In this document: positions 52,603 to 64,000 of the stretch, in pieces | Layout: each line of letters opens with the position of its first letter | Numbering within the stretch: the stretch's first letter is position 1 | Origin: Proteromonas lacertae | Taxonomy: Eukaryota | NCBI GenBank assembly: GCA_002245135.1 | Contig: NGBS01001168.1 | Location: 124,001 to 188,000 of the forward strand | Reading direction: 5' to 3' | DNA: 64,000 nt | Position numbers and translations under genes: made by a program | Notes under the pieces: generated by a model | What the model was told of the DNA's origin: nothing | Seen by the model: only the letters and a program-made list of their open reading frames with translations | Database searches by the model: none

Positions 52603-55600
52603 GGAATATACAACTGATCATTCCAAATTAACAGGATCTACAACATATACAACAAATGCATTTAATATAGATGTTGATTATGGTCATGGTGGTTTTGTAT
52701 TTTATTTGCCAGGAAGTGATAAAAACAAAGCTGTAGAAATATTAGAAGAAATGCAAGATGAAGGATATATTGATAAGCAAACAAGAGCAATGGCATTCTC
52801 TATACTTTATTATAATAAACATGCAAATCTATTCTCTACATTAAGAATTGTATTTGAGTTTTTTGGTACTGATTATATTGAAAAGACTGCTTTTATTCAA
52901 ACATTTGAGTTATTAACAGATCTTTCAACATCTCAATCTGTGGTGAGAAATGGTTTGATTATAGTAATAGGGCTTTTTACAGTCTATTTCTTATATCAAG
53001 AATATATAAATATAAGAACTCAAAGATGGAAATATATCACATTTTGGAATGCAATTGTTTTTACTCAATTTATATTAATTATTGTTTATATTTGTATGTT
53101 CATAGCATACAGTGTAAGAAGTGTAAAAACAAAAGATGATTTATTTGAATGTTATAATACAGGAAATAATCAAAACTGTTTTGTTGATATATTTGATACT
53201 TTTATATTCTTCAATCATTATAATAATGTAGCTGCATTTGTTAGTTTTGTTACATTCATTAAAGTATATTTATATTTATTATATTCATTTTGAATAGATA
53301 TTCAAATACTTAAGATTCAATGATAAATTGAATATGTTATGGAATACTCTAAGTTTAGCTATTCCAGATTTAGTCGCATTTGCATTATTGTTCTTGACCG
53401 TGTTTATTGGTTATTCGTTGTTAGGTTTAATTGCATTTGGACCAAATGTAAGGTCATTTCATAATTTTATGACTTCTGTATGGACTTGTTATGGTTACTT
53501 AGTTGGTGGAGGTAATGAAGAAGAATTAGTATATGTTCAACCAACTGTAGCTACAATATTTTATATTACATTCATTCTATTTGTTGTTCTTATTTTGATT
53601 AATATGTTTATTGCTATTATCAGTCAGTATTATGCTTTGGAAAAAGAAAACACAGAAAAGAGAAGTAAAAAGAAAGATAATTCTGATTATACAGTAGAAT
53701 TTGATCTTTATAAACAATTGAAAAGATTTTTCAAAGGTTTAAGACCAAAGCTTCAAATAACAGTAGAAGGAGATGAATTAGATGAATATCAACAGACGAT
53801 GTATCTTCAGAAAGGAAATACTGTAATTGTTATGGATTGTGATTATATTCAAGCAGAAAGAGCAAGATTACGTAAGTTATTTCAAGGTGCAGCTCATGTT
53901 ATAATGATCTGTTCAAGATTCTGGAGATTAGCTGGAGGTTCTCAATTTGATTTTATTGGTGGGACAGAATATGTGCCTCCAAAAGTAACTCCACAAAAGT
54001 ATCAAATATTGTATCTACAATCGATGAGTATTAGTTCGTTGAATTTATTACAATCTGTTAAAAAGGGTAGTAAAATAGTATTAAATGATGAATCATTTAG
54101 TAGTGATAAAGTTATATTGGAGTGTATCAATACTCCTCCTTTATTCTTTCAATATCATTATTATATTGGCTCAGGAATGCATGCTAAGAAATATAAGATT
54201 ATACAAGGTGGAAGTGTATTTCATAATCAAGAAGTTAGATTTCCATTCTATACATATATATTACAAATATTTTATGCAATTATGACATACTTCAAAACAT
54301 CCTATCAGAATTATTTAGATCAGAAATATGTTCATTTAGATTGGAAGAGTTTCTTATTATTAAGTCAAGAAGAAATAAGAGAAGTATTAATTAAATTATT
54401 GAAAATGGGTAAAACAAAAGTAAGATTTGATGAATTGATAAAACATATTAGAATTGTAGCTGCAAAGAAGCTGATTAGAATGGGAGTTGAGAATTTAAAT
54501 GAAAGAGTTGATTTAATTGTAGCATCACTAATGTTTAAACATTTCCCACAATTATCTGAGATTACTAAAGCAGAAGCTGGTAGACAGTATATTCATTATA
54601 TATTTTTATCCTATTTTTTTTAATAGTTATGTTCCTGATCCAGTAGATACTTCAAAGATAGAATTACCTCCAAAGGTGTTGAAGTTATGTGATATTATAG
54701 CAGCCAATGATCATGAAGTATGGTCTCAATCAAGAATAGCTGAAGGTTGGACTTATGGACCTGAATTAGATTCAGCTGAAAAAGAAAACCCTGATTTAGT
54801 TCCATATGATGAATTAGATGAAAGTGAAAAGGAATATAATAGAAGTAGTGCTGAACAGATTATTAAGATGATTTTATATTTAGGATATGGTATTTATAAA
54901 GAACCAAATTTAAGATGTATTAATTGGACTTATACAAAGAGGCAATGTTTCTCTCCCAATACTTATACACCAAATCCTTTCCCTACTTCATCGATTAAAT
55001 TAGTACCAACAATGTTAGATTTAGCCGATTTAATAGCAGAGAATAATCATGATGTTTGGGCAAAAGCCAAAATAAAGAATGGATGGAGATATAGTCCACT
55101 TAGAAACGATGAGAATAAACAACATAATTTATTAGTTCCATATTTATTCTTAAGTGAACCTGAGAAGAAATATGATAGAGAAGCTGCAATAGAAACATTG
55201 AAATTGATGGTAGGTTTAGGTTTTAGATTTAAGATTGGTGTTTCTGCATTAGATGATAGTATATATATTATATTATATTATATTTTAGAGGATGATGAAG
55301 ATGATATTGTATTAATAACAAGGCAGTCAATGGCATTTACTCCAACTCCAAAAGTACAAACACAAAAATCAGTTCCAGTATTACAATCAGTAGCAGAAGA
55401 ACCAGTAACAGAAGAAGATGTAGTTCCAGAAATGAAAACACCTCCAAAAAGATCTAGAAATGGTAGTATGACCAAACCATCAACAGTGTTATTAGATTCA
55501 CCTACACATTCTGCATTAAATGATGCGGTAATGAATAATGCACAATTACAACGTCAAGATTTAATCACATCAATTCCAGAAGAATTAGAAGAAGGAAATT

Positions 55601-56715
55601 CTTTAGGTAATTTAATGAAAATGCCATCTCCATTTACAGATTTAAATAAAAAGGGATTGAATAATCAATCTACAGCACCTGTTAAACCAGTTTTAATTAC
55701 CCCAACATCAAATAAAGCATCACCAATATTACCACCAAGTGAGCCAAGATTCTCCAAAACTCCATCTCCAAATTCTACCTCATCCACTCCATCTCCTTTA
55801 AAACCACCTTTATTGAAATCAGCTACTGCTGCTCCTACATTAAAACCAACACTTTTAGCTGCTCCAAAACCTGTTTTAATATCAGCAACTAAAGAGACTG
55901 AATCTGTAAGACCAGCTACAACAACATCAGCTACAACAGTTTCAAAACCAACATCAACTGCTGAGCCTACAAAGCCAGTTTTACAAACAACAGCAAAACC
56001 AACTACAGCTACTACATCAGCAACTACAACACCATCAAAGCCTGTGTTACAGACTTCTGCAGCTTCAACAACACCAGCTAAACCAGTATTGCAAGCATCA
56101 ACAAAACCTGCAGCAACAACAACATCTACACCTGCAAAACCTACAACTACATCAACTACAGCTAAACCAACAGCAACATCATCATCAACAACAACATCAA
56201 CTGATAAACCATCATCAACTACTACTTCAACACCTGCTAAACCTGTGTTACAAACAGCTACAAAGCCAACAGCTACTACTACTACTACTCCTTCTAAACC
56301 ACAAACTACAGCAACAACTACTTCATCTACAACAAGTGCAAAACCAGCAACTACATCAGCATCATCATCATCTACATCACCTTCAAAACCAGTTTTACAA
56401 ACTGCAAAAACAACCACAACTACAACAACAAGTAATAGTTCAACTCCAGCTAAACCTGCTAAACAGACAACTCCACCAAAATGCCCAACTACTTCATCTT
56501 CCACTACACTCCCCAAAGTTTCATCTCATAAATCCTTAGAAACCGGAAGAAAAGGAAGTGCAAGTTCAGCTACATCTGTAAAAAGTACAACAAGTCATTC
56601 AAGCTCAGGAGGACATTCAAGTTCAGGAGGAAGTGTTTCTTCTCAAAGAATAGCTCATACATTACCAAGGACATCTACAAATAGTAGACCTAGTGGTAAA
56701 ACAACTAAATCATAA
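51658..56715 (+). CDS. Polycystin/PKD2-like cation channel fused to two RyR repeats (PKDRR-type) with a Thr/Ser/Pro-rich tail
   Basis: TOP-domain motifs IGDIEVRQMRVKKESC, YGHGGF and YIDKQTRA...YNKHANLF. S4-S6 reads KIFKYLRFN...LAIPDL...GYSLLGLIAFG...ILINMFIAII. Two RyR domains follow (PDPVDTS...NDHEVW...GWTYG...PDLVPYDEL; PNPFPTS...NNHDVWA...GWRY...LLVPY). Confidence 0.88.
55680..56510 (+). repeat. Degenerate KPVLQT/KPTT Thr-rich repeats in the channel tail
   Basis: At least 7 KP(V/T)L units separated by Thr/Ser/Ala runs. Confidence 0.8.
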
Positions 56716-56908
56716 TAAAATTATTTCATAAATTATATTATATTTCTGTAAAATGTGTTTTTGAAATGTAAATATAGTTAAGTTTGAGAAAAGCTTGATA
56801 TTTTAAAACTTTTAGAAAGAGCTAATACATCATTTTCTTTTGATTTTATTGTTAATAACTGAAATATTTATTATATAAACCATATTGCAAATTGAAGTTA
56901 ATCAAATT

Positions 56909-58165
56909 ATGGAGGCAGTGTTAAGTGAGTCTGATAATCAAATAATAAGTCTTCCTTCTGATTCTTCCCTCTCAGACATTGATTTAGTGAACAGTTCTTT
57001 AAAAAAGTACAACAATACGCCGTTTGAAGATTTATTAGATCCTTTAACACAAAATTCAACAAACAAATATTCAGAACATATGCTGTGTAGTATAGAAAAC
57101 CTGTGTGATAGAGATGAATATCTGTTAGCTTCTAGTCTAGAGAATATGAGTATATCAGAAAAAGAGTCATCGACTTATGGTAGTTTTAAAGAAAAAGACA
57201 GATCAAATCATAATAGAGAATACATTGTTAACAATAATGTCATTGATAAACACACAAATTTTACATTTAACAAACCTAATCATAATAATAATAATTGTAA
57301 AATTCCTATGGAAGTTGATTCTAAATTCGTTCCTATTATACCTCATTCTCCTGTATCTTTATCTCCTATTCCTGCTCCAGTTGCAAGTGCTATTCCTACC
57401 CTTTCACTTCCTCATACTCTTCAACAACAATCTTTTCCATCATTAACTATTAATCTAATACCAGAAGCGGATAATAATAAGACAAAGAGAGGTAAAGGAA
57501 GACCAAGGAAATCAAAAGACAATAATATCGTCCCATCTATATCACCATCCTCATCAGAATGTAATAATAATAATAATAATAAAGTGAAAAGGAAGAAAGG
57601 AAGACCACGAAGAACAATAGATAATAATAATAGTGATTCACATATGCGTGTTTCTATAGAAGAACCACCACCTATGCATGTTAGTAAAAAGTGTGGTATA
57701 GATCTGTCTGATGAAATTAAAGAATGGTTTGAAGACGTATGTTCAAAGAAAACGGAGAAAAAGAATTTACCAATTCCAAATGATGTAATAAATAAATTCA
57801 AAATGATAAAAGACGAAATTGAAATTTGTGAATTTTGTAAAAAAAATAAAAGAAAAAGAAAATTGGATTGTTTTTTATATAATGGAAAATATATTTGTTT
57901 TGATTGTGCTGGTGATTTTGTTAAAAAGGAAGAAGTGAATAAATTACAACATTGGGAAAGTGAAGTGAAAGATGGAAAAGGATTGTGTTGTCAGAGGTTG
58001 AATCATTGGTATCCAGTTCATGATTATGTAGAATTAAAGAACTGTGATGATGATGGCAGACCTGTGAGAGGTGAAGCATATAAATCATCTCAGCAATGTA
58101 TATTTTGTAGAAATTTTAAGAAGTATGAATATAGAAGAAATAAAAAAAACTTAGAGTGTAAATAA
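56909..58165 (+). CDS. Zinc-finger family protein (subtype A) with two AT-hooks, intronless
   Basis: KRGKGRPRK and KRKKGRPRR, followed by CEFC...CFDC...LCCQRLNHWYP...QCIFCRNFKKYEY. Confidence 0.75.
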   Translation: MEAVLSESDNQIISLPSDSSLSDIDLVNSSLKKYNNTPFEDLLDPLTQNSTNKYSEHMLCSIENLCDRDEYLLASSLENMSISEKESSTYGSFKEKDRSNHNREYIVNNNVIDKHTNFTFNKPNHNNNNCKIPMEVDSKFVPIIPHSPVSLSPIPAPVASAIPTLSLPHTLQQQSFPSLTINLIPEADNNKTKRGKGRPRKSKDNNIVPSISPSSSECNNNNNNKVKRKKGRPRRTIDNNNSDSHMRVSIEEPPPMHVSKKCGIDLSDEIKEWFEDVCSKKTEKKNLPIPNDVINKFKMIKDEIEICEFCKKNKRKRKLDCFLYNGKYICFDCAGDFVKKEEVNKLQHWESEVKDGKGLCCQRLNHWYPVHDYVELKNCDDDGRPVRGEAYKSSQQCIFCRNFKKYEYRRNKKNLECK

Positions 58166-58270
58166 TTAAAAAATAATATAATGTTATATATTATGTTAAT
58201 GTTTATATATCTTCTTTTACATAAAAATATGATCAAGCCAATTTTCGAGCTTCTCTGTTTTTTGTTTTAA

Positions 58271-59622
58271 ATGAGTAACAAAGATGGTTTGAATAACTCT
58301 GATGGTATTTATTCTGGGTTATCAAATCTGTACGACTCAAATGAAACAAAAATACCTATTACATATTCCAATTTTACAAATGTACAGAATTCCAATGATA
58401 CTACGCATGAAATGCATGGTGATAGAGATATTGATAGAAGTGTAAGAGTAAGAAGTGGAAGTGACAATATTGACAATAAAATGAGTCATTTAAATATTTC
58501 TGAAGCAAACCGTTTATATGGTAGTTTAAATCCACATGAATATGATTTACCAGTGTCTGATAGTATTGAATATATGCCACCTTTGCCCTTAGATAATAGT
58601 GAGATGCAATCTAGTCTATCTGATTCATTTCCAGGCTCAATGTCATCATCACTTCCACAAAATGATTATAATGTAATACCACAACCACTACAACAATCCC
58701 AACCACCATCACGCCTATTAGAATCAGATAATTCATTAAATGCATTGTATGATTCATTAAACATGGAAGAATCAGCATCACCAGCCAAATATCTTGGTCC
58801 AACAACAACAACAACAACAACAACAAACATATGTGAATAATCCAAATACTTTCATTTATCAACCAATAACATCAATGAACGAACCTCCATCACCACTTTC
58901 ACCACCACTTCAAACAACAACAACCACAACAAATAGATCACCATCATTATCACCACCAGAAATACCTCCACGAAGAACTAGATCAAAACAAACACCACAA
59001 CTATTACCTGAAATTCCATTACCACCATCTTGTGAAGATATTAATTTATCTGATTATAATTTAGAGGGTAATATATTTACAAAAGAGGATGTATATGAAT
59101 ATATTAAACAAGCGAAAGAAACTGTTGTATGTAATGTATGTAGAAAAGTAATAAAAAAACTACACTCATTTGGAAAACCTAAAGATTGTGTTTATTATTG
59201 TGTGCCATGTTCAATTAATGCAATAAAAGATGATAAAAAAGTAAGAGAAAATGATTGGGAATATAGTGAAAAACCTAGTAGGAGTATTGGTAGGAATAAA
59301 AAAGGAGGTGATAGTGAACCACCACCACCTGGTTTTAGATTATGTAAAAGAATGAAACATTATAAGCCAAATTGGTCATTTATAGAAAGAAATAGACAAA
59401 AAGGTAAAGATAAGAATAAAGTTCGAAAAAATAAATTTGCATTAAAACCGGAAAAACAATGTTCATATTGTAGAAATTTCAAGAAGAGACAGAATATGAA
59501 GAAAAAGATGAAAGATCTTCATGAAAGTTTCGAAAAAGTGACAAAAGACTATTATGATGAAGAAGATAATATATATCAAGAAGATGATGAAGAAAAAGAT
59601 ACCTATCCAGAAGGTGAAGAAG

Positions 59623-59654
<32 letters not shown>

Positions 59655-59699
59655 GATGAAGAAGAAAGTGATGATGAAAAAGAAGATTATGATGAATAG
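58271..59699 (+). CDS. Zinc-finger family protein (subtype B) with one +1 frameshift near 58795-58830 and an acidic tail
   Basis: ORF 58271-58840 continues in the +1 frame as 58794-59699, with CNVC...CVPC...LCKRMKHYKPNWSF...QCSYCRNFKK. No GT-AG intron spans the break. Confidence 0.68.
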
Positions 59700-59833
59700 A
59701 TTTAATTATTATTTTTTATTATATTATTACTGTTGGTGGTTGTTTATTTAACTTAAATAAGCAATAAGATGAAAATGAGATAAAATATTATCAAGCCAAA
59801 ATCAAGCTTTTCAATTTTCTTTTTAAAATTTAA

Positions 59834-61045
59834 ATGAGTGGCAATGGAGGTTCAAATGATTCTGATGATATTTGCTCATCCCTAACTGATCTATTTATTT
59901 CGAATGGAAGGAATATAGCCGATAGTTCATCTTCTGCAACATATATTGACAGTTCATGTGAAATCAATTGTGGCGTAAGTGATTGTCATTTGTATAAAAG
60001 TAGAAGCTATAAAAAAGATAATGATGCTATTTTTAGTAGTGTACCAAATAATATTTGTTTGTCGTGCCCTTATAAAAATGAAACTGATAAAATGAATGAG
60101 AGTAATATGCCACCACTATCTGAAAGTATTGGTAATATTAACTGTGATATAAATCTATATCCATCATTACCAATAAGCACTAGTTATGATTATTTAATTC
60201 CGTTACCTAAAGAAAGTTATGAAATAGATGATATACCAGAAGAAATTCATTCACAACAAGTATTTAATACAAAACAACCATCTGTTATTGTTGAGCAGAA
60301 TAGATATGATATAAAAACAATCTATCCAACCTCTTCTATTCCACAACAACAACAACAACAACCATCTTCACAACAAGTCATTAATTCAAAAGGAGAAGAA
60401 TATTCATTCACCAAAATATATGAACAACAATCTGATATTATTCCGCGTACTCCACAGATATATGCCTATACTTATGAATAATCAACCATCACCATTCTCA
60501 CAACCATCACCTTTAATGAATAAATCAAATCTCACTCCTAGATCATTAACTGAAATACCATTACCAGATAGTTATGAAGATATTAATTTATCTGATTATA
60601 ATTTGGATGGTAATATATTTACAAAAGAAGAAGTATATGAATATATTAAACAATCTAAAGAGGTAGTAGAATGTAATATATGTAAAACAATAATAAAGAA
60701 GATTTACTCATTTGGTAAACCATCAGAGAATCTCTATGTTTGTTTAGAATGTTCAAATTATTTAAAAGATGTTAAAGAATACGATTGGGAAGAAAGTATA
60801 AAGGGGAAGAGTAGTGATAAGGGTAAAATTATAAACAGCATAACTACACCAAATATTCGTTTCAAAAGATGTAGTAGAAAAGCTCATTTTGAAACCGATT
60901 TATGTCATATTTAGAAAGAGATAAACAGAAAGGCAAAAATAAGAATGATGTTTGTAAGAATGAATATGCATTAAAAGGGGAAAAGCAATGTCTATATTGT
61001 AGAAATTTCAAGAAAAGATTCACTATGAAAAAAATAATGAAATAA
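59834..61045 (+). pseudogene. Zinc-finger family copy (subtype B) with frameshifts near 60440-60480 and 60890-60905
   Basis: EIPLPDSYEDINLSDYNLDGNIFTKEEVYEYIKQ is nearly identical to the upstream copy. The terminal SYLERDKQKGKNKN...EKQCLYCRNFKKR lies in another frame, past the stop at 60914. Confidence 0.72.
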
Positions 61046-61150
61046 AGATAAGAATTACTTTATTTTGATAATTATTATATTGTAATGTTAAGTAGATGAT
61101 TGTATGTAGAAATTGTGTAAAAATTTTGTTTATTGTCAAGCTTAAGTTTG

Positions 61151-62185
61151 ATGTTTTTAAATAATTTTTTAGAAGATCAAATTACTTATGTATATGTTGA
61201 TTCACCATTTGCAGATATTTTACCTGATTTAGATGCAAGTAGCGATGCAAATAATTTTCAATATAGCCATACTCCACTATTTGTAGATTCAGGTAAGATA
61301 CTTCCTGATGATTCATCCAATAGTTATAATTCATTTATACAAAAAGATAGAAGCAAGAAGGATGAATTAAAGAATCCATTTGACGAATGTGAAAGTTTAT
61401 CCGAGAGACTTGATTCAATCAGTTTAAAATATGATTGTATTTCATCTGGTTTACCTAATGAACACTCTTTAGAGAATAACAGTTTTGTACTAGATCCAAA
61501 ATCCGAATCTTTGAGTAGTTCAGTAGAACATGATATAAACCAACCACCATCATTACCATTATTATCAATTGATGTATCTCCACAACCTCTATCTATTTTT
61601 GACACTTCAAAAATCTCAGGAAGTATTAAAAATGAAAAATATTCATCTTTATCATGTTTATCAGATCCAAAAACTATATTGCTACAAATATACAATTCAG
61701 TATCTGTTTCAGATCAGCTTTCTGACACTTTAGATCCTCTAAAGTATGGACTAGAAGCTGATTTTGATAAAAATGCATTGAGAAGCTATCTTGTAAATGA
61801 ATATAGAAAAGTGAAATGTGGTGAATGTAATGAAGATAAATACTTGTATAATTGTTTTTGTGATAAAAAGGAGAATATATTTTTATGTGTAGAATGTGCA
61901 GCTAATAAGAATGGTGAAGACTTAGTAGGATTATCATGGGAAGAAGAAGAAATAGGTATTATTGAAGGTTTTTGTAAATGCAAAAGATTAGCTCATTATA
62001 AACCAATATGGTCATTCTTATCAAGAGATAAACAGACAGGTAAAGGTAAAAAGAATAAACCATTTAATGAGAATGCATTAAAAATAAAGCAGCTATGTTT
62101 TTATTGTAGAAACTACAAGAGATATGAATATCTTAAGGGGAAAAGAATAAAAGGTAAAAAGGAGAAGAAATCAACAACTAAGTAA
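61151..62185 (+). CDS. Zinc-finger family protein (subtype C), intronless
   Basis: ATG at 61151 (MFLNNFLEDQ). CGEC...CVEC...FCKCKRLAHYKPIWSFLSRDKQTG...CFYCRNYKR. Confidence 0.78.
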   Translation: MFLNNFLEDQITYVYVDSPFADILPDLDASSDANNFQYSHTPLFVDSGKILPDDSSNSYNSFIQKDRSKKDELKNPFDECESLSERLDSISLKYDCISSGLPNEHSLENNSFVLDPKSESLSSSVEHDINQPPSLPLLSIDVSPQPLSIFDTSKISGSIKNEKYSSLSCLSDPKTILLQIYNSVSVSDQLSDTLDPLKYGLEADFDKNALRSYLVNEYRKVKCGECNEDKYLYNCFCDKKENIFLCVECAANKNGEDLVGLSWEEEEIGIIEGFCKCKRLAHYKPIWSFLSRDKQTGKGKKNKPFNENALKIKQLCFYCRNYKRYEYLKGKRIKGKKEKKSTTK

Positions 62186-62357
62186 TTCAGAATAATATAT
62201 TATTGATTATAGATTATGCTTTTGTGGTTTTTGTTATAAACCATTAAATATTATATTTTTTGTTTATTCTTTGATTGATTAGCTCATTTTAGAGTTCTAA
62301 AAAACTAGTCGTTTTTTATATTAAAAAAGAATTATAAATTTATTGGTAGAGAATAGA

Positions 62358-63689
62358 ATGAGTCATGCTGAGGAAGAATATTGTAGATATGAAAGTGCAA
62401 AGAAAACATGTGTGAGGTGTAATAAAGAAATCAAAATGACAGAATTGTTTAAACTGAAAGAGATGAAATTAGGTGAAAGAGAATATAGTTATAATTATAT
62501 ATGTGTCAATTGTGCTAGACCCAGTGATAAACTATGCAATTGGACAAAAAGTGATAAGCAATGTGTGAGCTGTAAAAAATATTACAGAGATTGGACATTT
62601 TTAACTCATAATAGTGATGGAACCTTTAGTAGATTTGAGAAATGTCTTTGTTGTAGATTGTTTGAAAGAATGTTTAAAAATGTTAAAGAAACGAAAGATA
62701 TAGATGTAGATATAGATGTAGATGTAGGTGATATTGCTAAAGATTCAAATAGTGGTAAAAAAATAACCAGAAGTCGTTCTAATCATAAGAGAGATAGTAA
62801 TAGAACATCCTATGATGTAAATGATTTATCATTACCAAAATTTATTCCTTCTCCTCAATCTTCTTTAGTTAATAATATTGAATCAGGAAAAGAGGATATA
62901 GATACTTTACTAAAATGTTTTCCTTTACCATTTTCAATGAAAATGAGAATAGAAGATAGAGATGAGAGAGATGAATATAAGAAATATAAAAGATGTGAAA
63001 GAAAATGTGACAAATGTGGAAATAATAAATCAATTTTAGATCTATATATATATGATAATAGAAAGAGTTATTGCTTAAATTGTGCAAGCGATGAAAAAAG
63101 AAGAAATAAAGAAATTGTTTTTAGCAATTGGATTTTACTTGACAATAGAGGTAAAGAATGTAGTAGGTGTAATAAAGTATATCCACTTTTTTGTTATATT
63201 CAGGATGATTACAGTGATACTGATATATGTTTGGATTGTAGAAAAAATGAAAATTTAAGATATGTGATAGAGTGTGATACTTTAAAAGAAAATGTTGATG
63301 ATGGAAGTTGTAAGGATTTAACATCCATTTATGATGATTTTAGAAAGAATAATAAAAGAATAAAATGTTGTTTATGTAATACAATTATTGATAAAGTCAG
63401 TGCATATGGATCTGTTAGAAAAGATAAACATATTGAATATGAAAAGAAAAATAGATATTTTTGTATTGATTGTGTTGCAAGGCTTAAGCAAAAAAAAGGA
63501 AAATACTTTAAGCGAGTATTTGATGATGAAAGTGAGGAAGGACAGGAATGTAGTAAATGTAAGAGAAGATATCCACTGTGGCATTATGTTCCAGATAGAA
63601 CAAAAGGTGAAATAATGATTACTGAACTTGACAAAAGTTGTTTAGAATGTAGAAGTTCAGAAAAGCTGACAAAATACAAAGAATGGTAA
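62358..63689 (+). CDS. Protein with three tandem 8-Cys double zinc-finger modules (related to the adjacent family), intronless
   Basis: Three units of CxxC-CxxC-(W/F)-CxxC-Y(P/R)xW/F-CxxCR: CVRC/CVNC/CVSC/CLCCR, CDKC/CLNC/CSRC/CLDCR and CCLC/CIDC/CSKC/CLECR. Confidence 0.75.
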   Translation: MSHAEEEYCRYESAKKTCVRCNKEIKMTELFKLKEMKLGEREYSYNYICVNCARPSDKLCNWTKSDKQCVSCKKYYRDWTFLTHNSDGTFSRFEKCLCCRLFERMFKNVKETKDIDVDIDVDVGDIAKDSNSGKKITRSRSNHKRDSNRTSYDVNDLSLPKFIPSPQSSLVNNIESGKEDIDTLLKCFPLPFSMKMRIEDRDERDEYKKYKRCERKCDKCGNNKSILDLYIYDNRKSYCLNCASDEKRRNKEIVFSNWILLDNRGKECSRCNKVYPLFCYIQDDYSDTDICLDCRKNENLRYVIECDTLKENVDDGSCKDLTSIYDDFRKNNKRIKCCLCNTIIDKVSAYGSVRKDKHIEYEKKNRYFCIDCVARLKQKKGKYFKRVFDDESEEGQECSKCKRRYPLWHYVPDRTKGEIMITELDKSCLECRSSEKLTKYKEW

Positions 63690-63816
63690 ATAAAAATAAA
63701 TCTTGTTTATTTTTATATTATTTTGTTGTTATTACCGATTTTAATTACTTTGAAAATGAACTTCATAGTATATTGTATTTTTTTTATTATTTAAAAATAT
63801 AGTCGTTACATATATA

Positions 63817-64000
63817 ATGAAATCCTTAATTGAGTAAGAATTATAAAATATTATTGTTATAGAATATTCGAAGAATTAAACAGTGATAATAAATTTGATG
63901 GATCAATAGTTTATTTGGATAAAAGAGCAAGTGAAGTATATACTTCGTTAATTTTAACTTAGATTATTGATAAAATAGGTGGTATGAAGTATTTATTGTC
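63817..64000 (+). CDS. 5' end of a gene, possibly SCFD2/MIP3-like Sec1-family protein
   Basis: Two micro-introns give MKSLIEIFEELNSDNKFDGSIVYLDKRASEIIDKIGGMKYLL. This resembles the AVVYLD...ES...LL N-terminus of SCFD2/MIP3 by recall, but the fragment is short. Confidence 0.4.

Noticed and set aside
55665..56516. 283-aa Val-rich minus-strand ORF
   Set aside because: Antisense shadow of the Thr/Pro-rich channel tail; ACA/ACT-rich codons rarely create stops on the opposite strand.
56909..63689. Zinc-finger array as an autonomous transposon
   Set aside because: No DDE, RT, tyrosine-recombinase or helicase motifs, and no evident TIRs, LTRs or target-site duplications.
1..64000. Stop codons created by polyadenylation (known in Blastocystis) or an alternative genetic code
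   Set aside because: The genes I traced to their 3' ends have genomic TAA/TGA/TAG stops. Internal stops are explained by introns or frameshifts.

Overview
This is very AT-rich, gene-dense eukaryotic nuclear DNA with tiny spliceosomal introns (mostly 24-47 nt, GTAT...TAG). Some intergenic spacers are only about 60 bp, and TGTTTGT(T)-like motifs follow some stop codons. The pattern suggests a stramenopile of the Blastocystis/Opalinata type, which is an inference. I spliced the fragmented ORF track by hand into about 24 genes or gene relics. The headline is one 16-intron gene (2735-15508, about 4,050 aa). It encodes a signal peptide, nine tandem bacterial UrtA/AmiC-like Venus-flytrap modules and a class C GPCR 7TM domain, and two of its introns look like U12 (minor-spliceosome) introns starting with AT. 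Other notable items are a Sig1/mastigoneme-type EGF protein with three inserted ~250-280 aa repeats, a polycystin channel fused to two RyR repeats, and a rapidly evolving intronless Cys-rich zinc-finger family in two inverted arrays with pseudogenes. A shared GCTTGA motif lies near many starts, and several frameshifts mostly resolve by removing one doubled G or C (probably an assembly artefact). Recognisable genes: DNMT2, Ku80, a truncated Hsp70, ABHD13, two MGRN1/LOG2-like RING ligases, KATNIP, a chromodomain protein and ECD/SGT1. I saw no tRNA, rRNA, CRISPR array or recognisable transposase.
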